DNA of 64,000 bases from Bdellovibrionales bacterium (GCA_965262715.1 OZ253553.1:1536001-1600000), one strand, 5' to 3'; numbered from the stretch's first letter, positions 9,976 through 20,109 are shown. The notes: generated from the sequence alone by a model not told the origin. Program-made: numbers and translations.

Positions 9976-10461
9976 TTACTTTGCTTCTTCTGTTGAAGGT
10001 GGAGTGTCATCTGCTTTTTTTGAATCAGATTTGATATTATCAGTACTGTTAGACACTGCTTTATCCTGAGTATCATCTACTGATTCTTGATTTACATTCT
10101 TGTCCGTAGATTTGTCCTCTTGAACAGGAGCTTTACTCTCTACTTTTTTTGTGCCTTCCGGTACAGTCTTAGCCGGTGTCTCAACTGGCACAGCCTCGGT
10201 TGGTCTATAACCTTCAGTATCAAGTACACTATCTTTATTTTCCGAAGATAGACGTGTCAGTAAAATACAAGTCATTGCAAAAAAAATGACAACGACCTTT
10301 GTAGATTTTGTAAGGATATTTTCAACACCAGTTGCGCCAAATAAAGTATTAGACCCCCCGCCTCCAAAAGTAGAACCCATCGCTCCCTTAGAATCCTGGA
10401 CTAATACTAAAAGAATCAATATAATAGCTATTGCAATATGCACTATCACTAAAAAGTCCAC
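9976..10461 (-). CDS. secG: Preprotein translocase subunit SecG with a low-complexity C-tail
   Basis: LVLVQDSKGAMGSTFGGGG..LFGA.G..N.LTK.T; follows tpiA. Confidence 0.93.
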   Translation of the reverse strand: MDFLVIVHIAIAIILILLVLVQDSKGAMGSTFGGGGSNTLFGATGVENILTKSTKVVVIFFAMTCILLTRLSSENKDSVLDTEGYRPTEAVPVETPAKTVPEGTKKVESKAPVQEDKSTDKNVNQESVDDTQDKAVSNSTDNIKSDSKKADDTPPSTEEAK

Positions 10462-10496
10462 TATATACCTCTAAGACCTTTCTATCTTAAAAACAC

Positions 10497-11276
10497 TTAA
10501 GGGTCAACGGCTTTTAATTTGCTCTTATGTAAGGTTCTTGCAATAGCAAGAAAGCTTTCTAACTTAAGAGAAGCCCCACCAATTAGAAAGCCATCAATAC
10601 TTTCTAGCATAGATAAAGACTGAGCATTTTCTGGGTTTACACTGCCACCATAAAGTAAAGGAACTCTTTCCTTAAAATCATTAATAGATGATAAAACTTG
10701 CCTAATATACAAACATGCTTCTTCGATCATTTCTAAACTTGGTATCTGTCCTGTCGCAATAGCCCATAGAGGCTCATAAGCAATGATAAAAAAGGCAGAA
10801 GAATCAACATCCTTTAAAGCTTTCTTGACCTGATCTGTTATAACTTCTTTAGTCCTTCCCGTTTTACGTTCTTTTTGACTTTCTCCAACACAAAGAAGAG
10901 GGATCAACCCCGCTTGCCAAGCTGCTAGCATTTTTTGAGAAATCAATTCATTGCTCTCCCCAAAAAGTCCTCTTCTCTCACTATGTCCTACTAAGACAGT
11001 ACTTGCTCCCATAGATTTTAAGATAGAAGGAGAGTTCTCTCCCGTATAAGCACCAGAAGATTTTGTGTAGCAATTTTGAGCTCCCCACATTAAAGAAGTA
11101 TCTCTAGTCTTCTCCGCAATAATATCACAAGAGAAATTTTGTGGATAAAAAACCAATTGACAACAAGAAGAAGGTAAAAAATCTTGAGCTTTTTGTAAAA
11201 GCAAATCAATAAACTCTCCAGCTTCCCTTGGAGTCTTATTAAGCTTCCAGTTAGCAGCACACCAATACTTTTTCAT
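10497..11276 (-). CDS. tpiA: Triosephosphate isomerase
   Basis: ANWK, GHSERR, AYEP.WAI, LYGGSV and GGASL motifs. Confidence 0.97.
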   Translation of the reverse strand: MKKYWCAANWKLNKTPREAGEFIDLLLQKAQDFLPSSCCQLVFYPQNFSCDIIAEKTRDTSLMWGAQNCYTKSSGAYTGENSPSILKSMGASTVLVGHSERRGLFGESNELISQKMLAAWQAGLIPLLCVGESQKERKTGRTKEVITDQVKKALKDVDSSAFFIIAYEPLWAIATGQIPSLEMIEEACLYIRQVLSSINDFKERVPLLYGGSVNPENAQSLSMLESIDGFLIGGASLKLESFLAIARTLHKSKLKAVDP

Positions 11277-11304
11277 GACTGACCTCTTTCACTAAGAGCT
11301 GTCC

Positions 11305-11444
11305 TCACTAAAAATAGACCAGCCTCTCGAGGTGAGCCTCTCGAGGCGAGCCTCTGGCTGTTTTTTGGCAATGACCACGACGATTAGCATCCTCGCAAAA
11401 TAGTCATTGCCTAAAAAATCCGTCTATTTTTAGTAGGGAGACTC
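11305..11444 (+). repeat. Structured dispersed repeat family A, copy 1 (core duplicated by 14 bp)
   Basis: Outer stem 11307-11319/11422-11434; inner ggcaatgac/gtcattgcc; core agcctctcgagg(t/c)g x2 then agcctctgg. Confidence 0.85.
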
Positions 11445-11465
11445 CCTTCGTTTTGTAACATAATG

Positions 11466-11561
11466 TTGAGCTGGACCCTCAATTTATCCAGCTAATTTCA
11501 AAATCATTGCCCTAAGGCCAGACTCTTTCTCATTTTTATCATTAGCTCTTATCACTTCTTA
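11466..11561 (+). repeat. Dispersed repeat family B, copy 1
   Basis: Aligns with the reverse complement of 38159-38266 (ttgagctgg..tcaatttat..aatttcaaa.tcattgccct..gactc..tcattagct.ttatcacttctta). Confidence 0.8.
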
Positions 11562-11644
11562 TTCTTTTGGCCTTCAATATTTAGTTTTCTCAAATAGAGG
11601 AATTGAACGCAAATGATAATAAGGAAATCGTTCTTATTCTTATA

Positions 11645-12859
11645 TTAAGAACTATAACTACTTAATACATCCAACCCAATTAGACTTTGACCTTGTAGGT
11701 ATTTCAAACTTGCACCACCTCCTGTTGATAAGTGTTGAGCTGTATAGCCACTCTTTTTTATGGCAGCAACAGAATCTCCCCCTCCTACAATACTTAAAGC
11801 GTCTGTCTGACTAATAGCCTTAGCAATTTCAAAAGTTCCTTTATCAAAAGGAGGTGTTTCAAAAAGTCCCATAGGCCCGTTCCAAAAAATGGTTTGGCTT
11901 TTTTCAATGACTTCTTTGTATTTTTGTAGCGTTTGAGGGCCAATATCACAACCAACATAACCTGCCTTAATCGAAGGACCATCCGTGATCTCAAAGTCTT
12001 CTGGTGAAATATTAAATAAATCTTTAGAAGATCTTGGACAAATCACATGATCAATAGGCAGTAAACAAGACTTGTCTCTTACAGCCAGACTTTTAAGCAA
12101 CTCCTTGATGGCTTGAACTTGATCTTTTTGAACAAGACTATCTCCTATATCTACACCTTGAGCCTTTAGAAAAGTATAAGCCATAGCACCACCAACTATA
12201 ACAGTATCTACCCTTTCCATAAGATTCTGCATCATACCTATCTTATCATTGACCTTAGCACCACCTAAAATAAGCACAAAAGGAGATTTTGCCTGAAAGA
12301 GAGAATCCAATATGTTCAACTCTTTTTGAACCAAAAAACCAATACCTTTGTTTTTAACCATTTGAGGTAAAGCCACAATACTCGCATGAGCCCTGTGACT
12401 AACAGAAAAGGCATCATTAATATAAATATCTGTGTAACTTGCAAAATGAGAAGCTAGAGTATGAGAGTTTTGCTCCTCACCTAAATCAAACCGTAAGTTC
12501 TCTAACATAATAATTTGAGAAGGGTTTAAACTAGTGATTAAATGTTTTGGCGCATCTCCCTTAACAGCTTCTATTAATAGAACCTCTATATTTAATTTTT
12601 CTGAAAGATAATCCGCTATAGGCATAAGACTGTAATGTGATTTGTTTTCTGGACGAGGACGACCAAGATGTGAGGCTACAATGAGCCTTGCTCCCTGATC
12701 TAATGCGTACTGAATTGTAGGTAAAACCAATGAAATACGCGTTTCATCAACAATTTGCTGATTCTTCATAGGGACATTTAAATCCAAACGTAGAAAGACT
12801 TTTTTCATGTCCATCTGAAAATCAGTGATACATTTTGTGACTTTGTTTTTATCAAACAA
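11645..12859 (-). CDS. pgk: Phosphoglycerate kinase
   Basis: RLDLNVP, SHLGRP, LENLRF, GGAKV, WNGPMG and STGGGASL motifs. Confidence 0.97.
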   Translation of the reverse strand: MFDKNKVTKCITDFQMDMKKVFLRLDLNVPMKNQQIVDETRISLVLPTIQYALDQGARLIVASHLGRPRPENKSHYSLMPIADYLSEKLNIEVLLIEAVKGDAPKHLITSLNPSQIIMLENLRFDLGEEQNSHTLASHFASYTDIYINDAFSVSHRAHASIVALPQMVKNKGIGFLVQKELNILDSLFQAKSPFVLILGGAKVNDKIGMMQNLMERVDTVIVGGAMAYTFLKAQGVDIGDSLVQKDQVQAIKELLKSLAVRDKSCLLPIDHVICPRSSKDLFNISPEDFEITDGPSIKAGYVGCDIGPQTLQKYKEVIEKSQTIFWNGPMGLFETPPFDKGTFEIAKAISQTDALSIVGGGDSVAAIKKSGYTAQHLSTGGGASLKYLQGQSLIGLDVLSSYSS

Positions 12860-12870
12860 GTTTAAAAACC

Positions 12871-13890
12871 CTATAAAATTTCAAGTAAATCCACCATGCG
12901 ATGAGAAAATCCCACCTCATTGTCATACCAAGCAAGTACCTTCACCATGTTATTTTCTAAAACCATGGTTGAAGGTAAATCCACAATGCAACTTGCTGTA
13001 TGACCTAAAAAATCTCTACTGACAAGAGGTAATTTTTCTACAGCAAGAATGCCATTTAAATCTCCGCTTGCAGCCTCTATAATGGCCTTATTGATCACTT
13101 CTACTGACACCTTGTGTTTAAGATGAGCCACCAAATCAACTAAACTCACGTTAGGAGTAGGCACTCGCACTGAAATGCCATCTATCTTACCCTCTAAATG
13201 AGGAAGGATCTTTCCAACTGTTTGAGCAGCGCCTGTACTTGTAGGGATAATCGACTGAGTAGCAGCACGCATACGGCGAAAATCCTTGTGATGATTATCT
13301 AATAACCTTTGATCATTTGTATAAGCATGTACCGTTGTCATAAATCCAGAAACAATTCCAAATTGCTCATCTAAAACTTTAACAAGAGGGGCAAGACAAT
13401 TCGTAGTGCAAGAAGCATTGCTTATCAGTTTATGCAATTTTGGATTGTATGTTCGATGATTCACTCCATAACAAATAGTCACATCAGAGCCTTCTGCAGG
13501 TGCTGATATCAAAACTTTCTTAACAGAACTTCTAAGATGTTCACACAAAGATTCCTTTGTTTTAAAAGCCCCTGTGCACTCTATCACTGTATCAACTTTC
13601 CATTGATCCCAAGGTATTTTGGAAGGATTTCTAGTTATAGAAACTGGAACATGAATACCATCTATAATAAGATGTTTATCGTCATAAAGAATATCCCTGT
13701 TCCAAGTGCCGTGCGAAGAGTCAAACTTCAGAAGGTGAGCCATCGCTTCTGTTGAAGAGCTATCATTAATGCCCACTACACAAAGCTTATTTGACTGTAT
13801 ATTTTCATGAGAATGAGACATGAACCGATCATAAATAGCTTTGAAAGTCATACGACCAATTCTACCAAAACCATTAATTCCCAGGCGCAT
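12871..13890 (-). CDS. gap: Type I glyceraldehyde-3-phosphate dehydrogenase
   Basis: GINGFGRIGR, ASCTTNCL and WYDNE motifs; ATG 13890 has a GGAGGT RBS. Confidence 0.97.
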   Translation of the reverse strand: MRLGINGFGRIGRMTFKAIYDRFMSHSHENIQSNKLCVVGINDSSSTEAMAHLLKFDSSHGTWNRDILYDDKHLIIDGIHVPVSITRNPSKIPWDQWKVDTVIECTGAFKTKESLCEHLRSSVKKVLISAPAEGSDVTICYGVNHRTYNPKLHKLISNASCTTNCLAPLVKVLDEQFGIVSGFMTTVHAYTNDQRLLDNHHKDFRRMRAATQSIIPTSTGAAQTVGKILPHLEGKIDGISVRVPTPNVSLVDLVAHLKHKVSVEVINKAIIEAASGDLNGILAVEKLPLVSRDFLGHTASCIVDLPSTMVLENNMVKVLAWYDNEVGFSHRMVDLLEIL

Positions 13891-14319
13891 AGACACCTCC
13901 TTATTATAGAACCTTATTGCAAAGATAAGCAGAAAATGACACAAACATAACAAAAAGTCTATTTCATAAGTGGCATTTCTAACACCTTATTTAAATAACT
14001 CTTCATTTACCAGACGGCGAAAACTTTTATGCAAAGTAGATAGTCTGTAAAGGTCATGGCTATTTTGTCAATAAACTCCTAGAAAAAAGTCTAAAAAGTG
14101 TATTTCATCAAATATTTCATAAAGAAAGTATGAATTTGCTCCATAGAAGCTTTAATCAATTCTTGTAGGATTTACAAATTCTGACTTTAGACTTGCTCTT
14201 AAAAGCGAAAACCCATGAAAAAAGCTGTTTTCAAAGAATGGAGTTTGCTTCATGGCCTCATAGATGTTATGTGTTAATAGATTTTAACGAAGTAGTTCTT
14301 GAGTGTGACAAGGAGCGTA

Positions 14320-14817
14320 ATGATGCAAACAGAATTTCAAATAGGAGAACATGTTGTTTATCCAGGTTATGGCGTAGCTAAAGTAACAAACATTGATACC
14401 AAAAAAATTATGGGCAATCCTCAAAGTTTCTACTGTCTAGAAATTCTAGATGGTGGAATGACAATTATGGTACCTCAGAGCAACACCCATAATGTAGGTT
14501 TGCGGTCAGTTATTGATCAGGGTGAGGCAGGTCGAGTGTTAGGTGTTTTAAAAAAACGAACTATGATAAAAATTGATCATCAGACATGGAATCGTCGTTA
14601 TAGAGAATATATGGAAAAAATTAAAACAGGTAATGTTTATGAAATAGCCAAAGTACTTAGAGATTTATTTTTATTAAAAACAGATAAAGAATTAAGTTTC
14701 GGTGAGAAAAAGATGTTAGATAAAGCAAGAGGGCTTTTGATTAAGGAGTTAGCTTTAGCCACACAAAGTAAAGAATCCGACATTGAAAATAAAATACAGA
14801 AAACCTTTAATAGTTAA
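14320..14817 (+). CDS. carD: CarD-family transcription regulator
   Basis: FQIGEHVVYP..GVA, WNRRYR and KELSFGEKKML motifs; AAGGAG RBS before ATG 14320. Confidence 0.93.
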   Translation: MMQTEFQIGEHVVYPGYGVAKVTNIDTKKIMGNPQSFYCLEILDGGMTIMVPQSNTHNVGLRSVIDQGEAGRVLGVLKKRTMIKIDHQTWNRRYREYMEKIKTGNVYEIAKVLRDLFLLKTDKELSFGEKKMLDKARGLLIKELALATQSKESDIENKIQKTFNS

Positions 14818-14893
14818 GCTAAAAGCAGCATTAAACAAAAAATCAAAACATAAATAACTAGACAAAAAGATGAGTTCCTACTAAAATAATAGC

Positions 14894-15241
14894 ATGTCAA
14901 ATATAGAAATCACTCGTCACACCTCTGTAAAAGCAGATGTAGCCTTTGAAAGAGTCAAAAGCATCATGTCAAGTAATTCTCAGATGAAAAAATGGGACCC
15001 TAACTACCACTGTGAGTTTGAAGAGAATGCCATCCATATTAAAGGAAAACACTTAAATGCTACCATCACAATCTCCCCATGTAGTGACACAGAAGCTGTT
15101 ACAAATCAAAATAAGGCTCAAACCGTTAGTATTATTCATATTAATATCTCCTTACCTTTAATGTTATCTCCATTTAAGAAGTTAGTAAAAACAAACTTAG
15201 AAAAACAATTAGATAAGACTTTTGGCAAAAAGTTATTCTGA
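14894..15241 (+). CDS. Polyhydroxyalkanoate-system (PHA granule region)-like small protein
   Basis: IEITRH N-terminus and ISLPLMLSPFK C-terminal motif. Confidence 0.55.
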   Translation: MSNIEITRHTSVKADVAFERVKSIMSSNSQMKKWDPNYHCEFEENAIHIKGKHLNATITISPCSDTEAVTNQNKAQTVSIIHINISLPLMLSPFKKLVKTNLEKQLDKTFGKKLF

Positions 15242-16268
15242 TAAAACACCCACAAAAACAGTGAAAAAATCAAAAAAGCCTTCCTTTCAATCAAACCCTC
15301 AACTCTTATCAAATACATCTAAAGTTTCCTTAGATAAGCAAATTAAAAGATCTAGCAAAATGAAAGAAGCAAATCCAAAAACTATTAAAAATAAATACCA
15401 CCTGCCATCTCATACAAAGAGTTTACCTCCTGTTCAACAAGATACTTTAAAAGCTTATTTGATGGAGGTGAAAAAATACCCTTTATTAACTCCTGAGGAA
15501 GAAAAACGCCTTGCTATCAAATATTTTGAAGAAGGAGATACAGACGCTGCCAGCAGCTTGGTGAAAGCAAACTTGCGTTTTGTGATTAAAATTGCTGCTG
15601 AGTATTTTAAGTTTGGACCCAAACTTATTGATCTGATTCAAGAAGGAAATATAGGTTTAATCCATGCTGTTAAGGAGTATAACCCCTACAAAGGAGTTCG
15701 TTTAATAAGTTATGCCGTTTGGTGGATTAGAGGTTATATTAAAGAATATTTATTAAGAAACTACTCCCCAGTTAAAATAGCCACAACACAATCTCAAAGA
15801 AAGATTTTTTATAACCTTCAAAAGGAAACAAAAAAGCTAGAGTTAGAAGGATTTCAACCCACAACAAAGCTGCTAAGTCAAAGATTGGATGTTCCAGAAA
15901 AGGATGTAGAGACAATGAAAGCTCGTATGGCATCAAAGCCTGTTTCTCTAGATGCCACCTTAGATAAAAGTGGAGGTTCTCATGTTCGTCTTATAGACAT
16001 GCAAGTAGGTGAAAGATCAGAAGACTCCCTTGAAGAATTCTTGTCTTCAAAAGAAGAGTTAGCGTCATTGACAAAACATGTGCGTCAAATACGCCCTTTT
16101 CTTAATGAAAAAGAGCTTTATATTTTGGACAACCGTCTTTTATCTGATCCACCATTAACTTTAAAAAAAGTTGGTGATGAATATGGTATCACAAGAGAGC
16201 GTGTCCGTCAGATAGAAACCCGCTTGATTCAAAAACTCCGTCAATCATTTGATGAATCATCTTCATAG
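15222..16268 (+). CDS. rpoH: RNA polymerase sigma factor, RpoH (sigma-32) type; start uncertain
   Basis: DLIQEGNIGL, SYAVWWIR, RpoH-box-like TTQSQRKIFYNL and region 4 TRERVRQIE. Confidence 0.85.
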   Translation: MAKSYSDKTPTKTVKKSKKPSFQSNPQLLSNTSKVSLDKQIKRSSKMKEANPKTIKNKYHLPSHTKSLPPVQQDTLKAYLMEVKKYPLLTPEEEKRLAIKYFEEGDTDAASSLVKANLRFVIKIAAEYFKFGPKLIDLIQEGNIGLIHAVKEYNPYKGVRLISYAVWWIRGYIKEYLLRNYSPVKIATTQSQRKIFYNLQKETKKLELEGFQPTTKLLSQRLDVPEKDVETMKARMASKPVSLDATLDKSGGSHVRLIDMQVGERSEDSLEEFLSSKEELASLTKHVRQIRPFLNEKELYILDNRLLSDPPLTLKKVGDEYGITRERVRQIETRLIQKLRQSFDESSS

Positions 16269-16419
16269 ATAAAGTAGATTAAAGTAACCAATTTTTTTGC
16301 TCCTATATTTTTTATCTTAAAAATTAAAACATAAGATTTTCTCTTTTAAAATAAATTTTCAAATATTGATTTTCAATGAAGTTTCGTTTATAGCCAAATA
16401 CTAAGAAGAGATAAGAGAA

Positions 16420-17628
16420 ATGAAGATACTCAATGATTACAATGATATTAAAAATATTAAAGTCAAAAAAATATCTGCCAAGCAGTTTATATCTACTTGG
16501 ATATCTATAAAACAAGGATATTGTAATGATAAAGTTCTATTAGACGTACGTTCTGAAAAAGAATTCTTATCTAAAAATCTACCTTCATTTATCTCTGCTC
16601 CTCTTTTAAAAGATGAGGAACATTCTTTAATTGGTACTCTTTATAAACAAAAAGGACCTTCTATTGCAATGAAAGAAGGTTTAAAACTATCTGAATTATA
16701 TTTAAAGGAGAGGCTGTCCACGTGGAAAAATATTACAGATTCAAAAGAAGTTTTTATAACTTGTTTAAGAGGAGGTCTACGCTCTCGAATTGTAGCCCAT
16801 TATGTACAATTTTTTACCAAAAGTTGCTACCAAATTGAGGGAGGCTATAAGGCTCTACGCTCTATTTTACTTGAACAGTTAAAGTATTTAGAAAAATACA
16901 ACTTTTATATTTTAACTGGAAAAACAGGTAGTGGAAAGACCCAATTATTAAATAAGCTTTCTATTGATATTGATGGCATTATTGATTTAGAAAAGCTAGC
17001 AAATCACAAAGGCAGTGCTTTTGGATATCCTATTTATCAAAACCAGCCGACTCAATCTAGTTTTGAAAATGCCCTACTCTTTGAACTCTTACAAAAAAAA
17101 TCACATTGTATTTTATTAGAAGATGAAAGTCGTCTCATTGGACAAAATCTCATACCTCCTCAAATAAAAGAAAAAATGAATAACTCCCCAGTAGTATATT
17201 TAGATGTAGATATTGATACAAGGGCAAAGCATATTTTCAAAGAGTATATTATTGATCTTATGCAGCAAGATATTTCTAAAGATACACTTTTTCAACATGC
17301 ACTAGAAGGGCTTAAGAGAATTTCAAAACGCCTAGGCGGAAATATGTTCCAATCTTTAAAGAAATCTATGAATCACGCATTCTCACAAGATCAAGGCATG
17401 AATGAAAAAGCCCATTTAGAATATATTCGTACACTATTAGAGACATATTATGATAAGAGGTATGATCATGCCTTTAATAAGAATAAAAGAAAAGTTTTAT
17501 TTCAAGGAAACTTTAAGGAGTGCAGAAAGTGGTTAACAGTAAGTCTCAAACTATCAAGCTCACACAAACAGTTAAGAAAGGAGGATGTGCCGCAAAACTC
17601 CCTCCAAAAAAACTCCAATCTATTTTAG
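16420..17628 (+). CDS. selU: tRNA 2-selenouridine synthase
   Basis: Rhodanese DVRS..EF, CLRGGLRS, GGYK, P-loop GKTGSGKT, DLEKLANHKGSAFG and EDES motifs. Confidence 0.92.
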   Translation: MKILNDYNDIKNIKVKKISAKQFISTWISIKQGYCNDKVLLDVRSEKEFLSKNLPSFISAPLLKDEEHSLIGTLYKQKGPSIAMKEGLKLSELYLKERLSTWKNITDSKEVFITCLRGGLRSRIVAHYVQFFTKSCYQIEGGYKALRSILLEQLKYLEKYNFYILTGKTGSGKTQLLNKLSIDIDGIIDLEKLANHKGSAFGYPIYQNQPTQSSFENALLFELLQKKSHCILLEDESRLIGQNLIPPQIKEKMNNSPVVYLDVDIDTRAKHIFKEYIIDLMQQDISKDTLFQHALEGLKRISKRLGGNMFQSLKKSMNHAFSQDQGMNEKAHLEYIRTLLETYYDKRYDHAFNKNKRKVLFQGNFKECRKWLTVSLKLSSSHKQLRKEDVPQNSLQKNSNLF

Positions 17629-18590
17629 GAGATCTTAATTTCCATTCTTCTTCTCAACTTCTAACAAAATCAGAGTCATGGGATGACGCAGCTATATGGG
17701 ATATATCCTCAGAGCCAAACGCTCTTATACAAACCTTAGATTTTTTCACCCCTATAGTTGATGATCCTTATCAATTTGGACAGATTGCAGCTGCAAATGC
17801 TATGAGCGATGTGTATGCTATGGGAGGTCACCCTAAACTTGCCCTTTCTATTTTAGCTTTTCCTGCAAGCATTTTAGATGTAGAGGTTATAAAACCTTTA
17901 ATGGAAGGAGCTTTAGATAGAATACATAAAGCAGGTGCGCTTTTAGTGGGAGGACATACGATAGATGATGACACATTGAAATTAGGATTTGCAGTAAGTG
18001 GTTTTGTTTCTAAAGATAAGTTTTGGAGTAATGCAAAAGCCCAAGTAGATGACAGTCTTGTTTTAACAAAACCTTTGGGGGTAGCAACTCTTATCGCCGC
18101 TTTTAAAAGAGAAAATACACAGCAAACAAGCAACTGGCTTGTCAGTGCCATTTCAAACATGATCCAATTGAACAATGTTATTGATTTTTGCGCTTTAGAT
18201 GATATTCACTGCGCAACTGATGTAACAGGTTTTGGCCTTTTAGGACATGCTTATCAAATGGCAAAAGCTAGCGGAGTATCTTTTGAACTCGAAAGTAGTG
18301 AAATTCCAAAACTACCAGGAGTCTCAACTGCATTAAAACAAGAGTGCTTTGTCAAAGCTCACTTTACAAATGCAGAGTATGTAAGAGATCATGTAGATTA
18401 TGGGGCAGTCACAGAAGATACAAAGCACTTGCTGAATGACCCTCAAACATCAGGAGGCCTGTTGCTTTCTATCTCAAAACGCCTTGTCTCCCAAGTGCTC
18501 CCGTGCCTTCATAGAGAATTTCCACAATCAAAAGTAATTGGAAAAGTTATCAAAAAACAAAAAAATAAATTTATTTTTATAAAAGGTTAA
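17529..18590 (+). CDS. selD: Selenophosphate synthetase, Cys-type
   Basis: GGCAAK, DFFTPIVDDP, TDVTGFGLLGH and DPQTSGGLL motifs; GTG 17529 follows AAGGAG. Confidence 0.95.
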   Translation: MVNSKSQTIKLTQTVKKGGCAAKLPPKKLQSILGDLNFHSSSQLLTKSESWDDAAIWDISSEPNALIQTLDFFTPIVDDPYQFGQIAAANAMSDVYAMGGHPKLALSILAFPASILDVEVIKPLMEGALDRIHKAGALLVGGHTIDDDTLKLGFAVSGFVSKDKFWSNAKAQVDDSLVLTKPLGVATLIAAFKRENTQQTSNWLVSAISNMIQLNNVIDFCALDDIHCATDVTGFGLLGHAYQMAKASGVSFELESSEIPKLPGVSTALKQECFVKAHFTNAEYVRDHVDYGAVTEDTKHLLNDPQTSGGLLLSISKRLVSQVLPCLHREFPQSKVIGKVIKKQKNKFIFIKG

Positions 18591-18679
18591 ATATTATTTT
18601 TGATTTTAATTTATCCTTGGAAAAGAATAAACGAAACCATTATAGAAATAAAAACTGTGTACAAGGACTTTAATTCTAC

Positions 18680-19650
18680 CTAGTTGTTATGACCTCTACC
18701 AGGGGGGTATGGTTTTATTGGTCGTCTTTGCAACTGGCGAAGTAAGTCAGCAACACGACCTTGTCTTATGCCCTCTTGACATAAAGATTGCGCTCTTCGC
18801 GACATATCTCTGGTGAAATAGTTATAGCTTCCTGCACCGCTTTTAATACTTGCATGATGTCTGGCAATAGGCGTATCTCTTTCTCTAAGAGAGATGACCT
18901 GTTGTGTATCAGTTCTGTTATTATTATCGATAACATTATATTCATGATAGCTTTCAGGAGCATAATAACTCTCTCCATCATAAATAATCTGAGTATTAAA
19001 TAAGTCTACTAGTGAGGTAAGTTGGGAATGGATATTATTTCTAAACCTAGGGTCATTAGTGCGTTTTAAAAATTGTTCAACACTTGAAGCTATTTTTCCA
19101 CAATGTGTCATTATATTTATATTTGGTAACCTTTCTCTTCCATGAAACTCTGTATGAGATGAATTATTACATATATTTTCACGACACTCATCTCTTAAAG
19201 CTTCTGCACGCTGTTTAAGAAATGATACTATAGTCCTTCTGTCCCTTGAACTAACTGTCGAATTATCACATTGAGCCTCTCTTCTCATTTCAGATAAAAC
19301 AGCTACAATAGAAGCCAATCCATCATCATCAATTAGATTAGATGTACAAGAATTATTTTCTGATGGCCTCTGATGATCATCAGGACGAGGAGCAATAGGA
19401 GCAAGACTCCTATAATGACTATTATTATTATTACAAGCAAATGTAAATTCTAATGCAATATTGCCATCTGCCTCAGTTCTGAAACCAGTGATCCCTTCAA
19501 GGTTTCTAGTAGGAGCAGGAGTAGGGGTAGAGGTAGAAAAATAGCCTGACTGCCTTGTAGTCCTCGTGTTGATCGCTGACCTTCAGCTATCTGATTGATT
19601 GTAAGAATGAATAAGAATGCCGCCAAAGATAAATAAATAGATATTTTCAT
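18680..19650 (-). pseudogene. Secreted hypothetical protein split by one frameshift
   Basis: Signal peptide from ATG 19650; a second frame is open from ~19584 to 18680; span 971 nt = 3n+2. Confidence 0.7.
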
Positions 19651-20015
19651 CGCCTAAACTCCCTTTTTAATATATTTTTCTTATTATTATTGTAATAAGT
19701 CCTTATCGATAAAGATGAACAAAAACTTAAACAAAAAATTATCCATTTTTATACTATTGTTTATATTTGATACACGTCTATAAAGTTTTTCTTAAGGTGT
19801 ACCAAAAAGAGTTATAAGCCTTTGAAATAAACATCAAAGTAGAACCTTTTTCTAAAAAACAATTCTCTATCTCCGTCAATCAGATTTCAGGCAAAGCTGG
19901 TAAACTGGATCTGGCAACAATTGATAGGAATCCATTATCGGTGTATCTATTTTTCAGAGAAAATAAATAAAGTTCATAGCTAAAAGCTGCTTACCTTTTA
20001 ATAAGCTATAAAAGG

Positions 20016-20109
20016 TTGATATTGATGGCAAAGGATTGTTCTTCCACAGATGAGATCACTTGAAAGAGTGATCTCATCGAGGACTACAAGGCTTTGCCAT
20101 CAATATCAA
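20016..20109. repeat. Long bulged hairpin, family C copy 1, downstream of lpdA
   Basis: Perfect 18-bp outer arms 20016-20033/20092-20109; perfect 12-bp inner stem 20049-20060/20067-20078. Confidence 0.85.

Noticed and set aside
11305..11444. Family A as tRNA, T-box or integron attC
   Set aside because: No TTCRA/CCA cloverleaf, no GGTGGNACCGCG T-box, no RYYYAAC..GTTRRRY ends, and no integrase
17529..17600. Selenocysteine-containing SelD
   Set aside because: The active-site codon is TGT (Cys); there is no in-frame TGA
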